From assembly GCA_947629035.1 (NCBI GenBank), contig CANRCE010000002.1:251-64250 (forward strand): a DNA stretch of 64,000 nt, written 5' to 3'. This DNA is from an uncultured Bacilli bacterium. GTDB taxonomy: Bacteria; Bacillota_I; Bacilli_A; RF39; UBA660. The number at the start of each line of letters is the position of its first letter. The stretch's first letter is position 1. This document shows, one piece after another, positions 1 to 10,000 of the stretch. The translations under genes and the position numbers were made by a program. Below the pieces are notes generated by a model. The model worked only from the letters and a program-made list of their open reading frames with translations, had not been told where the DNA came from and did not search any database.

Positions 1-976
1 ATTATTTAGTATAGTACCACCTAATGCTGTATTAGTAACACATAATATTTTTACTGGTAAAGTAAAAGTAAAAGAAAGAGGTTTAAGATTTAATTTTCCT
101 TGGATAAGAAGTAAATTGGTTATTACTTCAACTGTAGCTATCGATTATCCAAAAAGAAAGTATGTAACATCAGATAATGTTTATATTGATGTCGATCCTG
201 CTTTGACTGTTAAAGTAATTGATGCTAGTAAATATGAATTTAATAGTACTAATCCATTAGAGGAATTAGGAACTAAAATTGAAGATGTAATGCGTATTTT
301 TATTGCTAATAAATCAGTAAAAGATATGATTGGTAAAAAATATAATTTAGTTGAAATTGATTCTCAAGGATTACTTGCTGATTTTGCACTTAGAAATGGT
401 CTACAAGTTACAAATTTATATTTTAAATCAACTGATTTACCTAAAACATTAGTAGATGATTTTGAAGCTGCTACACAACAAAGATTAGCTAATGAAAGGG
501 CAATTGAAAGAGCTAAAAGCTTAAAAGAACAAGCTATAATTAATAAAGAAACAGCTAAATTAAATGCTGAAGCAGCAGCATATGGTGAGAAAACTAGATT
601 AACAGCTATAGCTAAAGTTTTAAAAGATATGAATATCACACCAACAGAATTTGCTAAAGTAGTAAGTGATTCAATGTGGTCTAATGGTAATGCTACAGTA
701 ATTGCTAATGTAGGAAATAATGCTCCAGATAAAACAGCAGTAGATCTTGCAACATTAATTGAAGCATTAAGACAATCACATAATAAACCAAAAAGAAATA
801 CTAAAACTAAAACTAGTGAACAACCAACGGTTAAAGATTTAGCTGAAAATAATAATGTCGATTCAGTAAATTCTAGTGAGAAAAATGATAGTGAAAGTCA
901 AGAAGTAGAACAACCAAAAAAACGAGGTAGAAAAAGAAAAGTTACAGAACCTACAACAGATTCTGAAAATAAATAA
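1..976 (+). CDS. SPFH/Band-7 (stomatin/prohibitin-like) domain protein, 3' part; gene starts upstream of window
   Basis: The frame of ORF 116..976 stays open back to nt 2 (LFSIVPPNAVLVTHNIFTGKVKVKERGLRFNFPWIRSK...). SPFH-like core followed by a coiled-coil segment (ATQQRLANERAIERAKSLKEQ) and a Lys/Glu/Ser-rich low-complexity tail. Confidence 0.5.
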   Translation, partial: LFSIVPPNAVLVTHNIFTGKVKVKERGLRFNFPWIRSKLVITSTVAIDYPKRKYVTSDNVYIDVDPALTVKVIDASKYEFNSTNPLEELGTKIEDVMRIFIANKSVKDMIGKKYNLVEIDSQGLLADFALRNGLQVTNLYFKSTDLPKTLVDDFEAATQQRLANERAIERAKSLKEQAIINKETAKLNAEAAAYGEKTRLTAIAKVLKDMNITPTEFAKVVSDSMWSNGNATVIANVGNNAPDKTAVDLATLIEALRQSHNKPKRNTKTKTSEQPTVKDLAENNNVDSVNSSEKNDSESQEVEQPKKRGRKRKVTEPTTDSENK

Positions 977-984
977 TAAAAGCG

Positions 985-1125
985 ATGACTTGGCTTGGAA
1001 ACCAAAACAGCTATATAGAATAAAAGAGATTCCTTTTAAAGAATAAATAAGGTGGAACCGCGGAAATTTAATTTTCGTCCTTATGTCTTAAAGGAATCTT
1101 TTTTAATATATAAAAGGAGAATGAT
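985..1125 (+). promoter_or_regulatory. T-box riboswitch leader upstream of glyQS (short glycine-type)
   Basis: Canonical T-box core aaataAGGTGGaACCGCGg at 1044-1062. Possible GGC specifier in 'acttGGCttgg'. Downstream 'ATAAGG...CCTTAT' antiterminator pairing and a U-run (1110-1117) before the RBS. The leader is only about 65 nt from the upstream stop to the T-box, so Stem I may overlap the upstream gene. Confidence 0.55.
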
Positions 1126-1128
1126 AAG

Positions 1129-2499
1129 ATGAATGAATTAACAATGGAAAAATTAGTAAATTTATGTAAGCAATATGGTTACATTTTTCAAGGTAGTGAA
1201 ATTTATGGAGGACTTGCTAATACATGGGATTATGGACCTTTAGGAAGCAAGTTAAAAAATAATATTAAAGATTTATGGCGTAAGCGATTCATTCAAGAAA
1301 GACAAAATGCTTATGAGTTAGATGCAGCAATCTTAATGCATCCAAGAGTATGGGAAGCAAGTGGTCATGTAGCAAGTTTTTCTGATCCACTAATTGATTG
1401 TAAAAATTGTAAAACAAGACATCGAGTGGATAATTTAATTGATGAATTTGATAGTAATGCTCATGCAGATGGCTTAACTCAAGAAGAAATGATGGCTTAT
1501 GTAAGAGAGCACAAAGTACCATGTCCTAAATGTGGTAAGAGTGATTTTACGGATATTAGATCATTTAATTTAATGTTTGAAACATATCGTGGTGTAACTG
1601 AAGATAGTAAAAATAAAATATATTTACGACCTGAAAATGCACAAGGAGAATATGTTAATTTTTTAAATGTGCTACGTTCTATGCGATGTAAACTTCCCTT
1701 TAGTATTGGGCAAGTAGGAAAAGCTTTTAGAAATGAAATAACACCAGGTAATTTTACTTTTAGAACTATTGAATTTGAACAAATGGAATATCAAACTTTT
1801 TGTAAAAAAGGAACTGATAGTGAACTTTATAATTATTTTAAAGAATATGCTAAAAAATTCTTTATTGATTTAGGTATAAAAGAAGAAAAATTACGTTATC
1901 ATGATCATGAAAAATTAGCTCATTATGCTAAAGAAGCATGTGATATTGAATATAAATTTTGTTTTGGTTGGGGTGAGATTAATGGAACACATAATCGAAC
2001 AGACTATGATTTAAGTCGTCATCAAGAATATTCAACCGAATCTCAAAGTTATTTAGATCCTGATACTAATGAAAAATTTATTCCATATATTATTGAATCA
2101 ACTGTAGGATGTGATCGTTTAGTTTTAGCTATTTTAGATAATGCTTATACTGTAGAGGAACTTGATAATGGCGATACAAGAGAAATTATGAAAATTCATC
2201 CTGCGCTTGCTCCTTATAAAGTAGCAATTTTACCTTTAAATAAAAAATATCATAGTAAAAAAGCATTAGAATTATATGAAAACTTATCTAAAAAGTTTTC
2301 TGTAACTTATGATGAAACTGCTTCAATTGGTAAAAGATATCGAAGAGCAGATATATCAGCTGTTCCATTTTGTATAACAGTAGATGATGAAACACTAAAT
2401 AATAATACTGTAACAATAAGAAATCGTGATACGATGAAACAAGATATTGTAAATGTATCTGATATTTCAGATTATATTGAAAAAAGAATTACTTTTTAA
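1129..2499 (+). CDS. glyQS: glycine--tRNA ligase, single-chain (alpha2, archaeal/eukaryote-like) type
   Basis: 456 aa. Class II aaRS motifs; start MNELTMEKLVNLCKQYGYIFQGSEIYGGLANTWDYGPLG is typical of alpha2 GlyRS. T-box leader upstream. Confidence 0.9.
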   Translation: MNELTMEKLVNLCKQYGYIFQGSEIYGGLANTWDYGPLGSKLKNNIKDLWRKRFIQERQNAYELDAAILMHPRVWEASGHVASFSDPLIDCKNCKTRHRVDNLIDEFDSNAHADGLTQEEMMAYVREHKVPCPKCGKSDFTDIRSFNLMFETYRGVTEDSKNKIYLRPENAQGEYVNFLNVLRSMRCKLPFSIGQVGKAFRNEITPGNFTFRTIEFEQMEYQTFCKKGTDSELYNYFKEYAKKFFIDLGIKEEKLRYHDHEKLAHYAKEACDIEYKFCFGWGEINGTHNRTDYDLSRHQEYSTESQSYLDPDTNEKFIPYIIESTVGCDRLVLAILDNAYTVEELDNGDTREIMKIHPALAPYKVAILPLNKKYHSKKALELYENLSKKFSVTYDETASIGKRYRRADISAVPFCITVDDETLNNNTVTIRNRDTMKQDIVNVSDISDYIEKRITF

Positions 2500-2501
2500 A
2501 A

Positions 2502-2552
2502 AAAAGATGCTCATATTTTAAGCAAAAGATGCTCATATTTTAAGCATCTTTT
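2502..2552. terminator. bidirectional rho-independent terminator between glyQS (+) and clpB (-), containing a perfect 22-nt tandem duplication
   Basis: aaaagatgctcatattttaagc occurs at 2502-2523 and again at 2524-2545. The second copy plus 'atctttt' forms the hairpin aaagatgct/agcatcttt followed by a T-run. The complement supplies an A-run/T-run for the convergent clpB. Confidence 0.55.
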
Positions 2553-4660
2553 AATATTAATTTATTATTGTTTAAGTCAATAACAACATTGCTATTAAAT
2601 TTAATTTTATCTTCTAAAATGGCATTTGCAATAAGCGTTTCAATGTTTCTTTGAACAAATCTTTTAATAGGCCTTGCTCCATATTTTTCATCATAAGCAT
2701 TATCAATAATAAAATCTTTAGCTTGACTAGTTAGTTTTAGATGAATATTTTTATCTTTTAGTCGATTAGTTATTTCATTAATAATCTTATCTAAAATATC
2801 ATAGATAACTTCTTTACTTAAAGAATTAAAAATAATTATCTCATCAATACGATTTATAAATTCTGGTTTAAATGTATTTCTTAATTCACTTAAGACCATT
2901 TCATTTTTATTAATATCATTATCTAATATGTAATCACTTCCTAAATTAGAAGTCATAATAATAATCGTATTTTTAAAATCAACTGTTCTACCTTGAGAAT
3001 CAGTAATTCTACCATCATCTAAAATTTGAAGTAAGATATTAAAAACATCTTTATGAGCTTTTTCAATTTCATCAAATAAAACGATGGAGTAGGGATTTCT
3101 TCTTACAGCTTCTGTTAATTGTCCTGCATCATCATAACCAACATATCCAGGAGGAGAACCAATAAGTCTTGCAACCGAATGAGCTTCCATATATTCAGAC
3201 ATATCAATTCTAATCATATGTCTTTCATCATCAAATAACTCATAGGCTAAACTTCGAGCTACTTCGGTTTTACCAACCCCTGTAGGTCCTAGGAAAATAA
3301 AGGAACCAATTGGTCGATTAGGATCTTTAATACCTGCTCTTGCTCTTATAATGGCTTCACTTACTAATTTTAAAGCTTCATCTTGACCTTTAACTCTTTT
3401 TTCAAGATTTTCTTTTAAATTTAATAATTTTTCTTTTTCACTTCCTACTAATTTTGCAATAGGAATACCTGTCCATTTAGAAATTATACTAGCAACAGAT
3501 TCTTCATCAACGGTATCAGATAAAATATCTGATTTATTTTGTTGTTGTAAAGTTTGTAATTCTTTTTCTAATTTAGGGATAGTTCCATGACGTAAAACAG
3601 CAGCTTTTTCTAAATCGTAATTATTTTCGGCTGTATCTAGATCAAAATAAGCTTTATCTATTTCTTCTTTTTTCTTACTTATTTTACTATTAATATCTTT
3701 TTCCTCTAAAAATCTAGTTCTTAAATCTTCTTCCTTAACTTTTAATTCACTGATATTTTTATCAATTTGTTCTAATCTTTTTTTAGAAATTTCATCTTTT
3801 TCCTTTTTTAAAGCCTGTTTTTCAATTTCAAGTTGCATAATATTTCTTGTTAGAGTATCTAATTCGACAGGAACAGATTCCATTTGTACTCTAATAGTAG
3901 CACAAGCTTCATCAATTAAATCAATAGCTTTATCAGGAAGATAACGATTAGTAATATATCTATCTGATAAATTAGCTGCTGCTATTAAAGCTTTATCTTT
4001 AATATTAACACCGTGATAAACTTCAAAACGAGATTTTAAACCTCTTAATATTGTAATAGTATCTAAAACACTAGGTTCTTTTACTAGGACTTTTTGAAAT
4101 CTACGTTCTAGGGCACTATCTTTTTCAATATATTTGCGATATTCATTTAAAGTAGTAGCTCCGATACAATGAATTTCTCCTCTTGCTAACATAGGTTTTA
4201 ACATATTACCAGCATCCATTGCTCCCTCAAGAGCACCAGCACCTACGATCATATGAATTTCATCAATAAACATAATGATATTACCACTTTCATCTTTAAT
4301 TTTTTTTAAAACAGCTTTTAATCTTTCTTCAAATTCTCCCCGATATTTAGCTCCAGCAATTAAAGAGCCCATATCAAGTTCCCAAATAGTTTTATTTTTT
4401 AGACTATTTGGAACATCACCTTTGATAATTCGATTAGCAAGTCCTTCGATAATAGCAGTCTTACCAACACCAGCTTCACCAATTAAGACAGGATTATTTT
4501 TGGTCTTACGTGATAAAATTCGGGTAATGGATCTAATTTCATCATCTCTACCAATGACTGGATCAACTTTACCATCGCGAACAGCTTGGGTAATATCTCT
4601 ACCATATTTTTCTAAAACATTTTCTTCTTGATTAAAATTTTGTTCATTCATATTTATCAC
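2540..4660 (-). CDS. clpB: ATP-dependent chaperone ClpB, form lacking the N-terminal domain
   Basis: 706 aa. Two AAA+ modules ([16 protein letters not shown]) separated by a long coiled-coil M-domain ([36 protein letters not shown]...), which identifies ClpB rather than ClpC/E. The protein starts directly at D1, so the roughly 150-aa N-domain is absent, as in Mollicutes-type ClpB. Confidence 0.85.
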   Translation of the reverse strand: MINMNEQNFNQEENVLEKYGRDITQAVRDGKVDPVIGRDDEIRSITRILSRKTKNNPVLIGEAGVGKTAIIEGLANRIIKGDVPNSLKNKTIWELDMGSLIAGAKYRGEFEERLKAVLKKIKDESGNIIMFIDEIHMIVGAGALEGAMDAGNMLKPMLARGEIHCIGATTLNEYRKYIEKDSALERRFQKVLVKEPSVLDTITILRGLKSRFEVYHGVNIKDKALIAAANLSDRYITNRYLPDKAIDLIDEACATIRVQMESVPVELDTLTRNIMQLEIEKQALKKEKDEISKKRLEQIDKNISELKVKEEDLRTRFLEEKDINSKISKKKEEIDKAYFDLDTAENNYDLEKAAVLRHGTIPKLEKELQTLQQQNKSDILSDTVDEESVASIISKWTGIPIAKLVGSEKEKLLNLKENLEKRVKGQDEALKLVSEAIIRARAGIKDPNRPIGSFIFLGPTGVGKTEVARSLAYELFDDERHMIRIDMSEYMEAHSVARLIGSPPGYVGYDDAGQLTEAVRRNPYSIVLFDEIEKAHKDVFNILLQILDDGRITDSQGRTVDFKNTIIIMTSNLGSDYILDNDINKNEMVLSELRNTFKPEFINRIDEIIIFNSLSKEVIYDILDKIINEITNRLKDKNIHLKLTSQAKDFIIDNAYDEKYGARPIKRFVQRNIETLIANAILEDKIKFNSNVVIDLNNNKLILKDA

Positions 4661-4820
4661 CCTTTCTTTTTTTTCATTACTATTATAGCATTAATTTAGC
4701 AATTGTCAAGTTAGATTGCTAAATATTTTTAAACTTTTTTTAAAATTTTGAAGTAATCTCTAAAAAAAGATTATATAATTTATATTAAAGGACTTATACT
4801 ACTACAGATAAGGAGGAATT

Positions 4821-6287
4821 TTGAAAAAAATAAAAACAATATTAAAAATAATTACTTTAATTATAACCACTTGTAGTATTACCAAAGTATCTGCTAGTAG
4901 TTTATCATCGGAAGCTATTGCTGGAGTTTATGGAATATTTATATCTGATGATTATTATTCATTTCCTATGGACATTTATAGAATGGATGGTAGAGTAGCT
5001 TATTGTATTCAACCAGGAACTCAAATTATAACAAGTAATTATCTTGCTACTAGTGATACTAGTTTAAGTGGATTATCTCAAGATAAAATTGATTATATTA
5101 AATTAGTAGCTTACTATGGCTATGATTATTATAACCATCAAAATTATAATTATTATATTGCTGCTCAAGAATTAATTTGGGAAAAAGTAGTTGATGGTGG
5201 AGAGGGTTATTATACAACAACTCAAGAGGTTCATGGAGAAAAAATTGATATTGAAAAATATAAAGAAGAAATTTTAAATTTAATTGCCAAACATAATGAA
5301 ATTCCCTCTTTTGCCGATACAAAAGTTGTAAAACTTAAAAATAAAGATGTAACTATTGAAGATAAAAATAATGTCTTATCTTCATTTGAACTTACTGAAA
5401 GTGGTGCATCAATTAACAAAAATAAACTTACAATAACTAGTGATACAATAAATAAAATTTCTTTAGAAAAAAAGTTATATACTGATAAAGTTTTTTTGTT
5501 ATATTACTATTCTACATCACAAAAAATGATATCAGCAGGAATTATTGATGCTCCTAAAGTAGATGTTTATGTTGAACATACTGGAGCTAATCTTGAAGTT
5601 AAAAAGTTTGGGGAAGAGTTTGATATAACATTAAATGATTATCATAAAATACCTCTAGATGGTGTTACTTTTAATTTATATGCTAAAAGTGATATTGTTA
5701 CTAGTGATAATGTTATTCATTATAAAAGTGGTGATTTAATTGATACTTTTACAACTAATAAAGAGGGAAAAATTAATACTATTTTGTATTTTGGAGAGTA
5801 TTGTCTTGTTGAAAAATATGATAATTTTAATTATAAAATAGAGGATAATCCCTATTGTTTTACTTTAAGTCATGATGATAGTATTTCAATATATAACTAT
5901 CTTAAAAAGGGAAGTTTAAAGGTCATAAAAAAAGATGATAAAACTGGTAAAACATTACAAGGCACTACTATTGGTTTATATACTATGGATTCTAAATTAA
6001 TAGCAAGTAAAACGACAGATAATACAGGTTCAATTATATTTTCTGATATACCACTTGGTAGTTATTATATTAAAGAACTAGAAGCTAGTGAGGGTTATTT
6101 TTTAAATAATGATAAGATTTATGTTGAAGTTTTAGAGGATGATAAATTGGTAACAATTGATATTACTAATGAAAAAATAGTAAAAGTTCCGAAAACTGCT
6201 GATAATGAATATGATATTTCTAAATATATGTTTTTAGTTAATATAATTGGATTGTTTATGTTAAGATATGGTTTTAAGAAAATCTAA
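4821..6287 (+). CDS. cell-wall-anchored surface protein with Cna-B/SpaA-type (prealbumin-like) domains and a C-terminal sorting signal
   Basis: Signal peptide MKKIKTILKIITLIITTCSITKVSASS. Cna-B-like domain GSLKVIKKDDKTGKTLQGTTIGLYTMD...GSIIFSDIPLGSYYIKELEASEGY. C-terminus VPKTAD + hydrophobic YMFLVNIIGLFML + basic tail RYGFKKI, which is a sortase sorting-signal architecture. Host-like NNT codon usage. Confidence 0.7.
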   Translation: MKKIKTILKIITLIITTCSITKVSASSLSSEAIAGVYGIFISDDYYSFPMDIYRMDGRVAYCIQPGTQIITSNYLATSDTSLSGLSQDKIDYIKLVAYYGYDYYNHQNYNYYIAAQELIWEKVVDGGEGYYTTTQEVHGEKIDIEKYKEEILNLIAKHNEIPSFADTKVVKLKNKDVTIEDKNNVLSSFELTESGASINKNKLTITSDTINKISLEKKLYTDKVFLLYYYSTSQKMISAGIIDAPKVDVYVEHTGANLEVKKFGEEFDITLNDYHKIPLDGVTFNLYAKSDIVTSDNVIHYKSGDLIDTFTTNKEGKINTILYFGEYCLVEKYDNFNYKIEDNPYCFTLSHDDSISIYNYLKKGSLKVIKKDDKTGKTLQGTTIGLYTMDSKLIASKTTDNTGSIIFSDIPLGSYYIKELEASEGYFLNNDKIYVEVLEDDKLVTIDITNEKIVKVPKTADNEYDISKYMFLVNIIGLFMLRYGFKKI

Positions 6288-6792
6288 AATAATATTTATA
6301 GGTTTAATTTTTATAATCATATCATTAGGATATTATCGTAATTATTTTATTAATTATTTTGATAATATAAAAGATAAAATAAATGTCGATAATTATCTTT
6401 TAGGAAAAAATAATAAATTATTAGCAGTTATCTATATTCCTAAAATTAATTTAAAAAAAGGAATATATTTTTTAGAAACTAAAGAAAATAATGTAAATAA
6501 AAATATTGAACTCTTAAGAGGATCTACTTCTAGTGATATTCTTTTAGCAGCTCATTCAGGAAATGGAAAAAAAGGTTATTTTAATAATATATTTAATTTA
6601 AAATATAATGATTTTATCTATTTATATCATGAAAATAAAAAATATATTTACGAAGTAATAGATTTTTATAAAGTAGAAAAAGATGGATATTTAAAATTAG
6701 ATTATGTTAATTATAAAAGATTAGTTTTAACAACATGTGATATTCTAGAGGAAAATAAGCAATATGTTGTTATAGCAAAATTGATAACATAA
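6268..6792 (+). CDS. sortase family transpeptidase (short, N-terminal membrane anchor)
   Basis: 174 aa. N-terminal TM, His in LLAAHSG, catalytic Cys in LVLTTCD (TLxTC motif). Overlaps the preceding substrate gene by 20 nt. The usual Arg about 10 residues after the Cys is not obvious (QYVVIAK). Confidence 0.65.
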   Translation: MVLRKSKIIFIGLIFIIISLGYYRNYFINYFDNIKDKINVDNYLLGKNNKLLAVIYIPKINLKKGIYFLETKENNVNKNIELLRGSTSSDILLAAHSGNGKKGYFNNIFNLKYNDFIYLYHENKKYIYEVIDFYKVEKDGYLKLDYVNYKRLVLTTCDILEENKQYVVIAKLIT

Positions 6793-6900
6793 TTTAATAA
6801 AAACTACTTGAAATGGAGATAAAAATATGATATATTAAAGGTGATAAATAGGTAAGGAGAAGTAGAAAAAATGGATAGAAATACAAACATTTGTCTAATA

Positions 6901-6908
6901 GGGGGGGG
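6901..6908. repeat. G8 homopolymeric tract in the intergenic region 126 nt upstream of the giant surface-protein gene
   Basis: ttgtctaataGGGGGGGGtataaaaagcc. A run of eight G in an otherwise roughly 28% GC context. It lies between a TTGTCT hexamer (6891-6896) and a TATAAA hexamer (6909-6914). Confidence 0.9.
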
Positions 6909-7033
6909 TATAAAAAGCCTTATAAAATAAGGGATTATACCGATTATAATATAAATATAAATAATAACTATAATGAAATATTTAGGAAACTAAATAATTT
7001 TCGTTATAGTTTTTTTAATGTAGGTGATAGCCT

Positions 7034-10000
7034 ATGTTAAAAAATATAAGAAGAACATATATCCTAGCAGTAGCAGTAATAGGACTATTAGCAGTAGCAC
7101 TATATTCAACATATGCAATGTTTACAGCAAATGTTGATTTAGCAGATGTAAGTATAACCCCAAATGTAACATTAGATGCTAAATTACTAGAATATGAACA
7201 ATTAACCATACCAAAAAATGAATATAAAATAATAGAGTTAAATGTAGCAAATGATTATAATAGTGAATTACATTATGGAGCATGGTATGAAATGATAAAT
7301 CCAACAACTACAGATAATGTAATAATAGCCAAATATAGTGAAAGTCAAGATGAAACATCAGGAACAATAGGACAAAATATTACGAAGAAAATAAAAGTAA
7401 TCATCTATAATAAAAATAATGAAGATATAACTCTAAATATAGGAATAGGAAGTAATATCGATGAAAACTTAAATTTAGGAGATAATAGACATATAATACA
7501 AGATACTTATACCGTAGTAAAAGCAAATATAACACCAGATAATACAGGAACATTAAATACAAAAGAGCAAGTAATACTTCAAAATAGTGATGCAATATTT
7601 AATGTAACACCAAATGGAAATTATGAAATAAGTAATGTATCATGTACAGGAGACCAAACAGCAAGCTATGTAGGTAATACTGTAACTGTAGCAAATGTAG
7701 CAAAAACTACAACTTGTACGATAACGATGAAAGAGAAAACATATACTGTAAATGCAAGTTTAAATCCATCAGAAGCAGGTCAATTAGATAAAAATACCCA
7801 AACAGTAACAACTGGTCAAACAGCAACCTTTAAAGTAACACCAACTGATGGTTATGAAATAAATAATGTAACATGTACTGACAATAATAATGCAACTTTT
7901 AATGGAGCAACCGTAACAGTTTCTAATGTCACAAGTGATACCACTTGTATTATTAATATGAAATTAAAAACCTATACCGTCTATATAAGTGCAGATAATT
8001 CAACTATAAAAGATGGAACAAAAGTAAATAATATAGTAAAAAATGGTAGTTTTGAAGACGGAAATGCTAATTGGACATTAGAAAATGCAAGTGTAGTAAC
8101 AGCACAACATTCTCATGGTAGTAAATCATTACAATTAAATGGTGGAACGACACCAGTAACGCCTATGAGTAAGCAAACATTATCACCAAAATCACCAGTC
8201 TTAAATCATAAATATTATGGAAGATTAATGTTTTTATCATCAGCTGATTTCTCAACTAGTGATAATAGATATGAATGGTATAGTGGAGATGGACCTAATA
8301 AAAATTTAGTATTTGCTAATAAATCAGATAAAACAACAAGTTGGAAACTATTATCAAATATTCAATGGGTAACGGAAAATACATATTTATCAAACGACTG
8401 GTATATAAGAAATTTCCAAGTAAATGCAAATAGTAATTCATATGTCGATGAGTTAATGATAATAGATTTAACAGATAGTTTTGGAAGTGGAAATGAACCA
8501 AAAAAAGAATGGCTAGATAACATAATACCATATTTTGAAACATCAGGATCAGTATCTAGTAGTAATGTAGTACATGGAAATACAACAAAATTTACAATAA
8601 CACCAGATACAGGATATGAAATAGATAAATATAGTTGTACAAATGCAACTATAACTGCAAGTGAAAATGAATATACAATATCAGGAATTAATCAAAATAC
8701 AAAATGTAATGTAACAACCAAGAAAAAAACCTATAACATAACAACAACAATAACACCATCAAATGGTACAACAGTATCACCATCATCAACAACAGTTAAA
8801 CATGGTGAGACATCAGAAATATTTAAAATAACTCCTAAAACAGGATATCAAGTAAGTTTTGTTAATTGTACAAATGGAGAGGCTAAATTATCAGGAACTA
8901 ACTTTACTGTCGAAAATGTAACGGGTAATTCAGAATGTACTATAACTATGGAACTAAAAAGTTATAAGGTAAGTGCAAGTGTAAGTTCAAATGGAAGTGT
9001 AACTCCATCATCAAAAACCGTAACACATGGATCTAATGCCACTTTTACTGTAAATCCAAATGATGACTATGAAATAGATAAAGTAACATGCTCAAATAAT
9101 CAAAATGCAAGTTTTTCTGGAAATACTGTAACCGTAAAATCAGTTACTAATGAAACATCATGCACTATTACAATGAAGAAAAAAACTTATACTGTAACAG
9201 CTCAAATAAGACCACAAGATGCAGCAACAGTATCTGGAGGTAATACTAAAACAGTAAGTCATGGTTTAAGTACAAGTTTTAGTATAAGTCCTAATACAGA
9301 CTATCAATACTTATCAGTAAGTGGAACAGGCTGTAGTATTTCAGGAACGACACTTAATGTATCAAGTGTAACAGAAGAAGTAACCTGTGTAGTATCATAT
9401 TTTAAATCACTTACTCAAGATATAACAAATTTAAACTATACAGGGGATGTTCAAATATATAAAGTAACAGAAGCCGGATATTATAGATTAGAAGTATGGG
9501 GAGCTGAAGGAGGATATCGATCAAGTAGTATCTATTCAGGAAAAGGAGGATACTCTTACGGAACAGTATATTTAGAAAAAGATACGATGTTATATATTTA
9601 CGCTGGAGGTTCAGGAAATAGTGGAACATGTAGTAATAGTATTTGTACAGGAGGATTTAATGGAGGAGGATATCGACACACCTATAAAGGTGGAGGAGGA
9701 GCATCCGATGTCAGAATAGGCTCTGATGATTATTACTCAAGAGTAATTGTCGCTGGAGGTGGAGGTTCAGATGGAGCATCTACTAAAAAGGGACAATATG
9801 GTGGTGGAGAAACTGGAGGAAGTAGTAGTGAAGACTATAGTTCAGTGCGAGGTTCTGGTGGAAAAGGAGGAACACAAACTTACTCTGGATATTCAACATC
9901 TTATACAATTGAAACCCAAACAACTACAGGGCTTAATAGTAGTAAATTAGAAAATTATGCCGGAGGATTTGGTTTTGGAGGTGGAGGTGTTAGTTATAGA

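Noticed and set aside
364-639. 91-aa minus-strand ORF inside the SPFH gene
   Set aside because: Antisense overlap with a coding frame that has clear family similarity. Hydrophobic low-complexity product.
2502-2545. Tandem repeat considered as a minimal CRISPR-like or repeat array
   Set aside because: Only two copies, no spacers, and it coincides with a terminator hairpin.
4275-4631. 118-aa ORF on the + strand inside clpB
   Set aside because: Antisense to a well-supported clpB reading frame. Proline/serine-rich translation typical of an off-frame artefact, and no RBS.
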